In this document: positions 24,604-35,945 of the stretch, piece after piece | How positions within the stretch are numbered: position 1 is the first letter of the stretch | How the letters are laid out: each line of letters begins with the position of its first letter | NCBI GenBank assembly: GCA_002256025.1 | Contig: NKIB01013636.1 | Location: forward strand, 1 to 54,492 | Length of the DNA: 54,492 nucleotides | DNA from: Asterionella formosa | Taxonomy: Eukaryota | Direction: 5' to 3' | Made by a program: the position numbers and the translations under genes | The notes under the pieces: model-generated | The model's input: only the letters and a program-made list of their open reading frames with translations | Told to the model about the DNA's origin: nothing | The model's database searches: none

Positions 24604-27106
24604 ATGGCGAGAGTTTCCGGCTCTAATGAGGATATCCTCATTCAATCGCTTCAGGCGTCGACGGAGATATGGCAAGCTTTCGACTATCAGAATAAACTGA
24701 GCGTCTTTCTCCAGACCGCCAATCAAATCAAAGAACAAAAGGAATCATCCCTTCAAGCGAGAAAGTTGCTAGCTGATACAACGAAACAGTTCAAGCGATC
24801 CGTCAAGTCTATGGAACAGACTTGTACATCTCTCAAGGAAGTGAATAACGCAGATACAAGTTCAGCAGCTGTAAAGTCCATGGAAACCTTGGGCAAAGAT
24901 TGTCGCGGACTTGTTAAGAGCTATCAAGAAGAAGTTGACAACTTGACGCGACGCTCGAAGGCCAGCGAAGGAGCCTTCAGCACGCTGTTTTCGGGTCTTC
25001 AAGAGGCTCCCGATCCCACTAACCTTCTAGGGAGCTCCTTGGAACTTATTTTGAGCTATCAGACTCAAATGAATCAACTCCTTGCGACTGTCGACGAGGT
25101 GAATCGCGAAATGGCAACGATGGATGAAACCTTTGGTTCTGAACGAGAATCGATGCAGAAAGAAATTGAAAAACTTAAGAAAGTCAATGAAAGCGCTTCG
25201 AAATCTGGTATGACTAAGGAAGACCGTGAAGAGCTGGTTCAGCTGAGAAGTGAAGTTGCTGAATACGAAGTGGAGTTCCGATCCCTGAAGAACCAAGATA
25301 TAACTATCCGTAAGTTGGAGGCAAAGATTCAAGACATGCAAGAAAATTCCAAGGGTGAGCTCGAAAAAGAGCTTTCCAAAGCACAGCAGGACCTTGCTGA
25401 GACTGAAGGTCGTCGGGCTGCGGAAGCCTTGGAGCGTGAGGCTGCCATGGAGCGCCAGGTTTACTCGTTGGAGTTGCAACTCAAAGCCGAAAGAGCCGGT
25501 CGCGAAGCCACTCATGCTCATTTGCTCGACCAAGAAGACGGAGCAGGCGAGCGTGAAGCAGCATGGGAGGCACAACGTCGTATTTTGGTGGATGATGCTG
25601 AGCGTCTTCGAGAGAGTTTGCATGGCGCTACCAGAGAACGTGACGAATTGAGGTTGAGAGTTGGAGCATTGGAAGGGAGTGGGCTCAGGACTGGGAAGAC
25701 ACCCCCTTCTTCTGGTGGCTTGGCTATGGCAGATATGATTCTCGAGCGCAGGGCTTATGAAGCTGAGGTGAGTTGCACTATTGTTTGAATTGTTAGACTG
25801 TGATTTTTTCTTAAACTAAATCGTATTGTTCTCATTTATCTTCTCCTCCTTTAACCAGGTTTCTGAGCTGTCTCATGCTACTATGGCCTTACGCGAAGAA
25901 CTACGATTGAAGGACGATGAAATCGCTGAAGTGAGAAGATCCTTGCAAGCATCAATGGAAAGATTGGAGCAGGAGCGCGACTTACTCTCGTCCGATGTTT
26001 CTAATTTAGAGGTTCGTCTCGCAGCTGCCCCGCCGCTTGCACTTGTTGAAAGCATGAAACGCGAGTTGCGTGTATTGAAACGTTTGGAATACAACGCTGA
26101 GGATGGAGATCACGAGCCAGAAATGACTGGAGTCACGCAAGATGATGACCTGGAAAGTGTTCTGGTTGCTAAACTTCGCCGAGTTGAGTCCGAGCTTGTT
26201 CGAGAACGAAATTATAAGGTTGAACTTTCAAAAGAATGTGATCAACTAAGAAACGATCTAATGCAGGCTCAGATTTCTCGTGCTGAAACCGAAGTGTTAG
26301 TCGCGTCGCTTGAAGCCGACTTGCAACGAGCAATTTCCACTCAGTCTGCCACAATATCGCAAAGAAAGGTTGCGCCGTTCATTGTACGTGTGCCAAACCC
26401 TGTTGATCTTGAGCATGTGCTTGACCCGGAGACCCCACTTCCCCCTCTTCCCCCTCCACAGGATACTCCAAGCGCAGCAGAGAAGGTGGATGATGAGCAC
26501 TCTGTTGCCACTATTGTAATGGCTCAGCGTGATCGCCTGCGTGCTCGTTGTGAGTCATTGGAATCCGAGCGTGATGCGTTCAAACGGGAATTGCAAGGTC
26601 AAGTCCAGGCTTCCGAGTCTTTGAAGTCTGACAATACCAAACTTTATGAGAAGGTTCGATACTTACAGAACTTCAACCAGGCTGCATCCCGTGGAATCGG
26701 CTCCAATCGTAAGGGTGCGGACGAGCGCGATTTGGATCTCGAGGCTCTTGAGCAACGTTACGAAGCATCCGTTGACCCGTTCCGTCAATTCGGGCGGACG
26801 GAACGCCAACGCAAAATGAAAGAGATGTCTCCGATGGAGCGGATTGTCTTTCTCGTGGCCAAAACAGTTTTGGCATCGAAGGAAATGAGAACTGCTTTGT
26901 TCTTTTACGTGATTGGAATGCACATCCTTGTTTTTTCTACTACTTACCATTGGTCTGATTCAAGCTGTGACAACACGGAGCATCACGAAATGCTTTCTCA
27001 CCTTTCCCCCGATCATCATCAGCATATTGTAGATGTTATCAGCGCGGTAGCTCCAGTCGTAGGTGATATGACAAGTCAAACTGCGGGCGATTCCGTTGGA
27101 GTCTAG
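24604..27106 (+). CDS. CASP: Golgin CASP (CUX1 alternative product/Coy1 homolog), 2 exons
   Basis: N-terminal LVKSYQEEVDNLTRRSK..E.AF...L.EAPDP; LKNQDITIRKLE; C-terminal AQRDRLRAR, LKSDNTKLYEKVRYLQ, YEASVDPF..F; TM FFYVIGMHILVF with conserved Y and H. Intron 25768-25858. Confidence 0.92.
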
Positions 27107-27340
27107 CAGTATTAATTCTTATTTTGTGACGATAATTCTTTTGCCCCAGTACCTTCTGGAATCAAGATGAACTGTACTGATTTGATAGCCAGAGAGTTCC
27201 GGGCACTTCCTTCGTCAATTCATGCAATGGCACGTACTATAGGGTGCATCGAAAATCTTTCCTTTTTCTATAATTGGTGTTTATAATATTGCTTAAGGAT
27301 GTGTTGAGCATGTGGTTGTCTAAACGAAATCGGTGATACT

Positions 27341-27904
27341 TCATTCGTTTCGATACTTCCGATGATGCTTCTCGGGGGAGAAACTGAGTTTGCAAACTGT
27401 GATAGGGGAGTACATCGGCGATAACGGATCAGAAAGGCGGTATGAAAGGCGACGGGAGAGTATCATTGGTCGCCCACTGTGTTGTCGTCTATCAGCAGCA
27501 CGAAGTTCTCGTTCAGCTTTCTCGCGTTCTTCTGTCGTTGGTTCATATTCGGATTCAGAATCAATGAGAGAAGTGATGCTGGGTGTTAACGATCTGGATC
27601 TTTTACTAGATGTTGACGAGCTGACTCCCTTCAGCAACTTGGTGGGCTTTTCATAACTACTGTAATAGTTTGACATTTCACCGTTACCGACATCGAAGCA
27701 ATCTTTCTGAATGGATTCCTTTCTCTTCTTGGAAGTTCGTGCCAAATCTTCAAATTCATTCATGTAGCAAACGGACGATTTTGAATTCACTTTTGGTTCA
27801 TATGTCCATTGAAGAATGTCGTCAATAATAGACTTTTTGGTCTTATCGTGGGCCCCGGTGGCTGCTCCTTGACGACTGGTTCTCTTGCGCTGTGTTTGTG
27901 ACAT
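27341..27904 (-). CDS. Hypothetical Ser/Arg-rich, low-complexity protein
   Basis: ORF from ATG 27904 (MSQTQRKR), 187 aa, with coding-like composition. No recognisable domain. Confidence 0.5.
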   Translation of the reverse strand: MSQTQRKRTSRQGAATGAHDKTKKSIIDDILQWTYEPKVNSKSSVCYMNEFEDLARTSKKRKESIQKDCFDVGNGEMSNYYSSYEKPTKLLKGVSSSTSSKRSRSLTPSITSLIDSESEYEPTTEEREKAERELRAADRRQHSGRPMILSRRLSYRLSDPLSPMYSPITVCKLSFSPEKHHRKYRNE

Positions 27905-28672
27905 ATTTAGAGATGGTTGGAAGGAATACAAGAGGAATTTGTGCTGAATGGGGAGAGTTGCAAAAGTCGTGTTGTTTTGATTTTGTGAGATGAAACTGTT
28001 CTTGAGGTGGTCGGCGGGGAGATAAATTGAATATTATTTATTTGAGTTTGATTTTGGATTTTGTTCATTTTTAATAATTGCTAAATTATTTACTCATGCT
28101 ATGCACGGGTAGTTGTTTGAAAGTTGAATTTAAGAATTGAGAACTTAAAATTACTGCAGCGGGACTCACCATAACTGCCGGTAAACGTGATGTCACGGTA
28201 GATGCTGCTTTCGTCTGTGCATGCATTTACATACATGAGTATATTTTTCGTTTTGGTTTGCTTGGGCTGGGCGGCTGTCAAAAATGTTTCACCAAGCAAT
28301 TCAGAATTCGAAGTCCCTGCCGGTAACCCGAATATAAACCGGTAACCGGCTGATTGAGGCATCAAAAGCTCGTCGTGTCGTCTCCACCTCAACATGTTCC
28401 AACGAACAAGCCAGTCAGTTTGAGCCCATCAGTTCATAAACACGGGAATGTCAAAATGAGGAAAATCGCTGGAAAAGGAAAGCAAATGGCAATGACTGGG
28501 GCAATAGAGGGGCGGCCCGAAGCCAGCAAATGTGAGCTAAAGCAAGTCTTGCTCGATTTCCTTTTTCTCTCCTACATAACACAAAAACTTTCTCCTTTTG
28601 TGATAGAAACAACCAATAATCAACAGTTCTACCGTAGAACCTGGTGTCTTGTACCTGGTACCCCTCAATGTA

Positions 28673-28818
28673 CACAGGCACGACTGATTTTACTTAGCGG
28701 GGAGTGCAAGACACTGGACCTTTTTTAATCGTCAAACATTAGGAAAAAACCACCTTCACCGCTGTTTTCTCTAAAGTCTACAACATAAATAGCAATAAAA
28801 GATATATTGTTTTTGGTT
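28673..28818 (+). mobile_element. TIR-element end (TA|CACAG...), inverted copy of 24156-24310
   Basis: tacacaggcacgactgattttacttagcggggagtgcaagacac... aligns with the reverse complement of 24156-24312. Confidence 0.75.
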
Positions 28819-29101
28819 CAATCAGCTTCTAGGATCAATTGAATTTCTATTTTTGGAGCACTGGCATGCCCGAATGTTGTCATGACAACAACAGAAATTT
28901 CTTGAGTGTGTACAATTTGTACATTATTCTACGATCTAATAAATTGTGTAGGTTCTACAACTTTGATCATGATAGAAATTGAGGTGAGCCACCCAAATCA
29001 TTTTCTATAGAATCATCTAAAACGACAATTAAATATCAATTAAAGCAAAATGTGTCAAACAATTTATTTATTAACTTATATCAACACTGCAAAAATGATT
29101 C

Positions 29102-29170
29102 ATTGTGAAATGGTAATGATGCATGGAAGCATGGATTGTGAAATGGTAATGATGGAAGCATGGAAGCATG
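29102..29170 (+). repeat. 33-bp-period tandem repeat
   Basis: attgtgaaatggtaatgatg at 29102 and 29135, with recurring gcatggaagcatg. Confidence 0.85.
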
Positions 29171-29276
29171 ATGGTGATGAGATATCAAAACATTTTGCTA
29201 CTGGTATTTTCCTCATTATACCATATATGTAGTCACCAGTCGATATAGTATACATAACATAAGTACCAGTAGGTCT

Positions 29277-31797
29277 ATGGTGGTGCAATGTGGTGCAGCG
29301 ACGACATGACATCACGAAGTCATTTTGAAATATTATTGTTGCGCATGTGCACCTTTTCAATATTCATCTCCAACGTTCTATCATGCACATAACCACACAG
29401 AAATGCAAATAAACAGCAAACTCACCAAATGTGATGATTGAAAGCGGTCACTGGTTCTTGCTATCGCTAACATGCAATTTCTTTTGTTTTACTAACCAAT
29501 TTACTCTACAATCAACCTTTCCTACATCCGCAGCCTTTGAAGAATTTTGAGTGGAGGAACTGGGGATAGAGACTGTGGAAAGTGGTGTCTTTGTTGCTGT
29601 CGCAATGATTCAGGAAGCATGCGATGATCGGCTTGATGAATTTTACATCAAAGAGTCGCATCCTTTCAGTGACATCTGAGTGGAGGAGACGCTCCATTTT
29701 TCTTTCAAGATTCAAGATCAAGTCAAGCTTCTCATGAGATTTTTTCGTTTTTGCAACCTCAAAAATCTCGTCATATTCTATGGACCCACTTTTCCGGTTT
29801 TTCTTTGGTGTTGTGGGGATGGTAGTAGCATCAGTTATTCGAATTGCATTAACTGGCTGTGTTAGTAGAACCATTTTCCTTTGTTGAATCTTGATAACTT
29901 GTAGTAGCAGCAATAGCATTAGAATACATCCGATTTTCTTCATTCTTCATAACTCGTGCATGTACCACAATGTTCGCAAGACTGAAGGAGATTGGGTGTG
30001 ACCTTGGGACATTCAGTCGATCATGTACATAGTTTTGAGGGATTAAACTTTGGTTGTCAAGGCAAGCACCAGCAAACATCTTGAAATTACAAAGCATGAT
30101 TCCTTTAAATTGATTATTCAATACATTCTGACATTCTCTCAACCCTACCTTGTAGAAAGCTCCGAAATTTCGCACTGAAAAACAACCGATGGTAGGTTTA
30201 AGACTAGTGTAGCTGTAGTCATCTTGACAAATATAGACTTGAATGTACGCACTTTGTTTAAATGATTGTTGTGTATGTGGGCAATTGCTAGCTAGCTGGG
30301 CATCTGCATCCTCAACATGAAACATTGCAGTCTTGAGTGACTGGTGTCGAGCAGATTTCATCAAGGCTTCCTCTGCTCCACCACCCCAACAACCAAACAG
30401 GTACCCAGTCCTACGGAGCATGTGCATACCGACCTTCAGATTCTGCAAACCAAGCACCTCCCTAACAAGTTTAGTTAACCGGTTTGTTCCCACTTTGTAG
30501 GACATCTGCGTGACAAAAATGCCATTAGCCGGTGGACATTTTAATTCGTCCTATGTAGGAAAAAGAAAACCTCCCCTGATCTTTGCACAGTGTATGTGAG
30601 ACAGTAGGAGTGACACTGGACAAAACTCGGGAACTCTTCATCGATCCAGAGGAACAGATGCACCCAGTTTTCGTCTGACTTCTCAAAGACTTTTAGACAT
30701 AGAACTCGGATATTTCCGGCATCATCAAATACAAAATGCTTTGCTTCGAAATGGTCTAGCTCGATGTCCACGAAGTCATCAAAGCGAAGGAACAGAAAAA
30801 TAGAAACCTGGATGATTGTAAATGTCTGCAAGTCAATTAATGAATTGCTGGACAAAAGACGATCACGCAACTGTCGTAACCAGCAAGGTAGAAGCTGCTC
30901 TGTAGGTTGCCTTAAGTAGTCTCGTCTATCCATCCCAATTCTATCCAAACAATCTGTAAAGACCGAATTGTATGCAGGATTACCAGATCTAAGTAGAGCA
31001 GGATGACCCTTGTGGGTACTGCATCCCTTATACCACTCATCAAAGGGCATATCACGACAATCCTGACAAGCCTGTATGTAGTTACCAATTCGATTGTGAG
31101 CTTTGTGAATGCACCATACTGCAGTACGAAATCCCTTACGCTTTTCAGGGGCATTCCAATCCCCACGACATTTTATAGGATGCCCAATGACATCAACCTC
31201 TTCCTTTCCACCAAGATCCAATAATGTCATACTTGATGCGTTGTATTTCCACCATACATACATTACAACGGATTCTACCTTCATCGATGGACAGTTTGCA
31301 GGGCATTTGTCCCTAAGCATCAACAGTGACTCATAATCACCAATCAACTTGAAGAATTTTGTAAGACCACGAAAGTGAACCTCATAGCTTATCTCTGTAC
31401 TACGATACCGGAGTGCACTTGTACCAGTCAATTTTGCCAAACGTCGGTCAACAGATGTCTTTTTCAATTTGTCCAAAGCATTCAGAATTCCTTGGGCTAC
31501 TTTATCTTCAATATCTGCTGGTATATCCTTGGCATATAAGACATCCCGAGGTAGATTGGCAAGCTTTTTAGTCTCACCACGTGTATTCTTCTTACTCATT
31601 CTGAGCAACAATTCAAGTATATGGATGTGAAATCGGCAACTTATGTGAACAAATTATTCAACAAATATTAGCAGACAGTTACTTTGAGGATCACATGTAT
31701 TCCTATACAGTTATGTATATTAATATAGTTGCACGGATTTGATATAGTCTGGTGCAATTCAGGTTACTCTAAGTAAAGTGGTGCAATGGTGGTGCAA
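29277..31797 (-). mobile_element. Crypton-like tyrosine-recombinase element (putative extent)
   Basis: YR pseudogene bracketed by an exact 12-bp direct repeat ATGGTGGTGCAA (29277-29288 and 31786-31797). No RT and no TIR pair around it. Confidence 0.55.
29512..31599 (-). pseudogene. Tyrosine recombinase (Crypton-like), disrupted
   Basis: R (FLFLRFDD), K (KSD), CPV (restored by a frameshift near 30628: PEFCPV...GGFLFP), HxxR (HMLRRTG) and H (SARH). The expected catalytic Tyr reads His (TAMFH, codon 30317-30319). In-frame TAG at 30551-30553 and a 4-bp duplication at 30287-30297. Confidence 0.85.
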
Positions 31798-31859
31798 ATG
31801 CCAATGGGCAGTTGAATTTACTAATTGTTTTCCCTGTTTCATCCCGTTTTGGGAAAAGT

Positions 31860-31993
31860 CCCAGTATACTATTAACAGTCATTATGAAAACGATTTTAAT
31901 GAGTGAACTGATGACGTTTTCTTTGTATGTAAACGCCTGTCGTGCGTCACGTTGCTTATCAATTTCAGCAACAAAATGACCGGATCTTGCAGG
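31860..31993. mobile_element. Solo right end of the CCTG/CAGG TIR family
   Basis: ...gatgacgttttc...aaacgcctgtcgtgcgtcac...atttcagcaa...tgaccggatCTTGCAGG|TA matches both arms of 10712-11697. Confidence 0.75.
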
Positions 31994-32228
31994 TACGCAC
32001 TTTTGCTCTGAAGTTATGCCAGTATGTGCCTAGCTAGGTATGTATGCATGCATTCATATCATGCATGATTATAAATAATGAAGGTCTATCCCTGCCCCTA
32101 TGGTACCAGGTGCCAGCGAGCTTGGTAGGTACATATTACCTGGTCGTCCCTTGGTCATCGGAAATACTACATACCGGTATATGATCACCACATCATGGAT
32201 TTATAATGGCGAGTGTGCGTCGTTATAA

Positions 32229-32271
32229 CAGGTACCAGGTACCAGGTACCAGGTACCAGGTACCAGGTACC
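32229..32271 (+). repeat. (GGTACCA)n heptamer tandem array
   Basis: Five full GGTACCA units plus GGTACC (32231-32271); related motifs continue to about 32345. Confidence 0.95.
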
Positions 32272-32585
32272 TGATACACTGGTACTCCTACCAGCCAGGT
32301 GAAAACCAGTGCACCAGGTACCAGTACCAGTTACCAGGTACCATCATCAACGACATCACGGACAATTTACTAGACTAGTTTACAGGTACCGTACCGGCAT
32401 ACCTAAAGATGATACGAAGGACACCCCTGTTGGTGTGGTTGCTCACATGTCGGTACATTGCTTTTGATTAAAAATACTGTTGGACGACACTCTGACGGAT
32501 TACTGCAGACCTGTGTTCCACTCATCCCTGTCTTTTCTTACTTGTTAGACGACATAGACCGAAGGAATTTCAGTAAGAAGCAAGA

Positions 32586-34160
32586 ATGCTGGCTTCAAAA
32601 CGACTCCTGACACCTTCAGCGCTTTTCCGCCTTTCAACCTTGTCCAGCAGCAAGAACACACCACGCCTAGCAGTTATTCGTTGCTTTTCTGGAAGCGAAG
32701 ATGATCCATTCGGTGTCAATTACAAAGATGGCGAAGGAAACATCGGTCCTTCAGAGGAATTGCCTCCAAAACTCGTCAGGGATAGAATGACCGGAAAATT
32801 GACCGGCGTCGTCGAGCAAACCCTGACTGACCAACAAAAGAAGCTCCTAGAAATGGACGAGATCGACTCGCAAAAGAAGATGATGGACGATTTGGTCGAA
32901 AGCTGGGTTCAATCCGAGAGTGACAAGATTGGAGATCCCATCAAGCAGGCTCAATTCGCCAGTCGCATCCGAGAGGAGACGATGGCTCTCAACGTTTTTG
33001 GAAGATCACCAGAGGCCACTTCCCTTCAGGGTAAACTGGATACTGGTGATGATGCCCTGTACAGTGACCTTTCCTCTGATTTATCACCGAAAGAATTTAA
33101 GTCCCTTCAAAAGTACATGTCTCGAGAGAAGGACTACGAGCTGAAAAGGAATCATGATGATGTTCCTGTCAAAATGTCACCTTACAGAGAATCGACTTAT
33201 GCAAACCCTGATCCTGACCTAGACCTCAGGTGGTTGTCCTCTGGTTCTCATAGTGAAATGGACGGTGGGAAAGTGGAAGACCCATTCGCTGATTTGATGC
33301 CTCATGATCTTAACCCAGCTCGTTTGGTCAATCGGGAGAAGGCCAAGCAAATCCCAACTGAACTTGTTCATCACAACAATATCGTTCTTTTGCGCCGATA
33401 TCTGACACCAGGTGGTCAGATCATGAATAGAGTACAGAGTCGTTTGGGAGCCAAGGATCAGAGAAAGATGTCCAAACTAATCAAGCGAGCTAGGTCAATG
33501 GGGTTGATTCCCTATATGGGACAGTGGAAGGTGGAGAATCACGGAAGCATCTACGATAGCGACATCTTCCTGAAGAGAAAATGGGAAGAAGAGCTAGAAG
33601 ATAGAGGTTTGGTTCCGCCCAAAATCAAGGAAGCTGATTGGGAAGCTATGCGAGAATCTGCGACCCTCAAGTATCAAAAGGAAGCTAAGAGGCATGTGGG
33701 TCTGGATGAAAACCCATGGGAGGCTGATCCGTGGTGCCTTTTGGCAGATGATATTTATTTGGTCATGAAGACCAAGGGTATCAGACTCACAAAGAACAAT
33801 GACGTTTACCTTACTTTTGGAATCTCGCAAATGAAGTTAAGTGGAAGTGGAGACGTTGTATTTGTTGATAAAACTGGGGTCATTGCCGAAGGACGCTTCG
33901 AGTTATCTCAAAGTGGTGCCGTTTCGCTCTCGTGGAATAAGGCAGTGAAGTGGAAGGATGATCATTGGGAAAGCGTGACTACGGCTGATTTGGTTACTGG
34001 CTTCAAATTTACCGATCAGAGCGTTGCCAAGTCTACACTCAGCTATGGAGACATCTTGGGCAAAAGAAAAGTTAGTCCCATCGACGCAATGAAGGCCAAT
34101 GAATTCAGCGCACACGCTATCGAATGGAGTGCAAATGAACTACGTAAGTACGTGGACTAG
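32586..34160 (+). CDS. Mitochondrial ribosomal protein bS18m with long N-terminal extension and extra C-terminal domain
   Basis: Mitochondrial-type presequence (MLASKRLL...IRCFS). S18 core HNNIVLLRRYLTPGGQIMNRVQSRLGAKDQRKMSKLIKRARSMGLIP. About 170 further residues of globular-looking sequence. Confidence 0.8.
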   Translation: MLASKRLLTPSALFRLSTLSSSKNTPRLAVIRCFSGSEDDPFGVNYKDGEGNIGPSEELPPKLVRDRMTGKLTGVVEQTLTDQQKKLLEMDEIDSQKKMMDDLVESWVQSESDKIGDPIKQAQFASRIREETMALNVFGRSPEATSLQGKLDTGDDALYSDLSSDLSPKEFKSLQKYMSREKDYELKRNHDDVPVKMSPYRESTYANPDPDLDLRWLSSGSHSEMDGGKVEDPFADLMPHDLNPARLVNREKAKQIPTELVHHNNIVLLRRYLTPGGQIMNRVQSRLGAKDQRKMSKLIKRARSMGLIPYMGQWKVENHGSIYDSDIFLKRKWEEELEDRGLVPPKIKEADWEAMRESATLKYQKEAKRHVGLDENPWEADPWCLLADDIYLVMKTKGIRLTKNNDVYLTFGISQMKLSGSGDVVFVDKTGVIAEGRFELSQSGAVSLSWNKAVKWKDDHWESVTTADLVTGFKFTDQSVAKSTLSYGDILGKRKVSPIDAMKANEFSAHAIEWSANELRKYVD

Positions 34161-35352
34161 CATAACATAAGTTTACGTTGACTAGAATAACAATGGAGAC
34201 CGATATTTCTTTCTGCATTCCTTGTTATTTCCAAGGTACAGATTGATGTTCCAGGATAAAATCTCCAACCACTCATTCATGACTGATAGGATGTAGCCAT
34301 TGAGTTAATGGTGACTTGAATACTAGTGCATACCAGCAGGGCACATGGTACCAACCCTTGTAGAATGTTGAATTCTGATTGTGTATACCTTGTTCTCAGC
34401 AGCTGAAGCAGGGTTGAAGAGTGGATGCCATTGCCTGTAAGGACGCAAGCTCATATTGCATTAAGAATTTGGCCAGGTTGCTGAATTGGATGCTGGATTT
34501 GTGCCAAATATATCAGCTCGTTAAGCCCATTCTTGCACTTAAAGCCGCCTCTGTAAATGACGATGTCATAATGTTCATTTTGTGACTTCTTGGCTTCCTC
34601 CCAATTTTCATTTTGAAATCCAGAATTACTTCTCGTTATAATTGCTATCAAAGCATCATCTTTATTATCAAAAAAGTATTTTCTACAAAGTAAGCCTATA
34701 AATCTTATCATCTTCTCTATTATATTCAATTTTGTATGCTACTTTATGTTCCTTTTTTGTTCAATGCTTACTATTTTATTCCTTGATATCATCATAAAAA
34801 GGTGGAGCAATAGTTTGCTGCATCATTGGTGGCAGTGATTTGGCATGTTTATTACAATGGAGTCCAGTCATTTTGATACATTCTTCTATAGCTGTAAAAT
34901 ATTCTATGCTAGTAGTACAGTCGTCCATGAATCAAAAAAATTTATGATCAGACATGATTGGCATTTTTAACATTATGTGATGCTGATACCTTACTTTAGT
35001 GGAATTAAGGTTTTTATTGAAGGGGTGAAAAATCTATCTATCACCATGATGAAAATGTGTTGCTTTACCCTAAATGAATAGAAACTGATTATCGATGTGG
35101 CATACATATACATATCAGCCAGGAGTGAACTACCAGGAAGTACCTGGTACAACCAAATGCATGCCAATTTCTTGTCAGATTTTGTTTGCAATTCAGATGA
35201 TCAGAATGACCAGTTTAGCAGCTGCAAACTGAAACAAACAAATAAACCAGGACAGCAGCATACGTAGCTGGGGGGGAGAGTATTGGTTACCAGGTGAGGT
35301 ATTATAGTCTACCGGTACCATGATAGCAGTTACACCAGTTACAGTACTGTAA

Positions 35353-35945
35353 TGCTTTAAAAAAAGAGTGAGCTTAATGTACATGTAAATTTGAATGTAT
35401 AATTTTGAAACTTCCAAGCTCATGCATGTTTCAAAATAGAGGTGATCTTCGGAGGTGACGTTCATTTGTGTTCCCAACTTGAACTGAGAATAAACTGCAT
35501 CCTCTTCCTAAATACACATAGCTACTATGACATGTCTCATCTTGACCTATCTCAACTTAGGCCAGATGCTGTTTGATCAATGGCTGCTTACAGAATGATC
35601 ATGTTAATCATCACTAGATTATACCTGGTTTGCTTCTTTAATGTTCCTTGATTTTGCGGACATATCTGCAATTTTTTAGTCAATCATTTATTGATTTGGC
35701 CTCTATTAGGTCTGGTCGCCTTCAACTAGTAGAGTCCATTTAAAAGGCTAGCTAGAGAGAACTTCTCCTGAAAGTTACTCTCTCAAATGTGGCATTTTAC
35801 ACACGTTATTTAACCATGTGTCCTTGAATCGATCATCTAGTGGATTGTGGTACATGTTCCTACCGGTAATCAGGTCACTAGAGACGAAAGAAATTGACAC
35901 TCTCATAACCTGATCTTGAATCAGGAATCTCTATATGCTTCAACT
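35353..35945 (+). repeat. Dispersed ~590-bp repeat, copy A
   Basis: Colinear with 42859-43434, from aaaagagtgagcttaatgta to gaatcaggaatctcta.atg.ttcaact. Confidence 0.95.

Noticed and set aside
32082..32103. AGGTCTAT and TATGG as an alternative right end of the YR element
   Set aside because: It would place an unrelated TIR end (31860-31993) inside the element, and the 12-bp repeat at 31786 is a better match. Not fully excluded.
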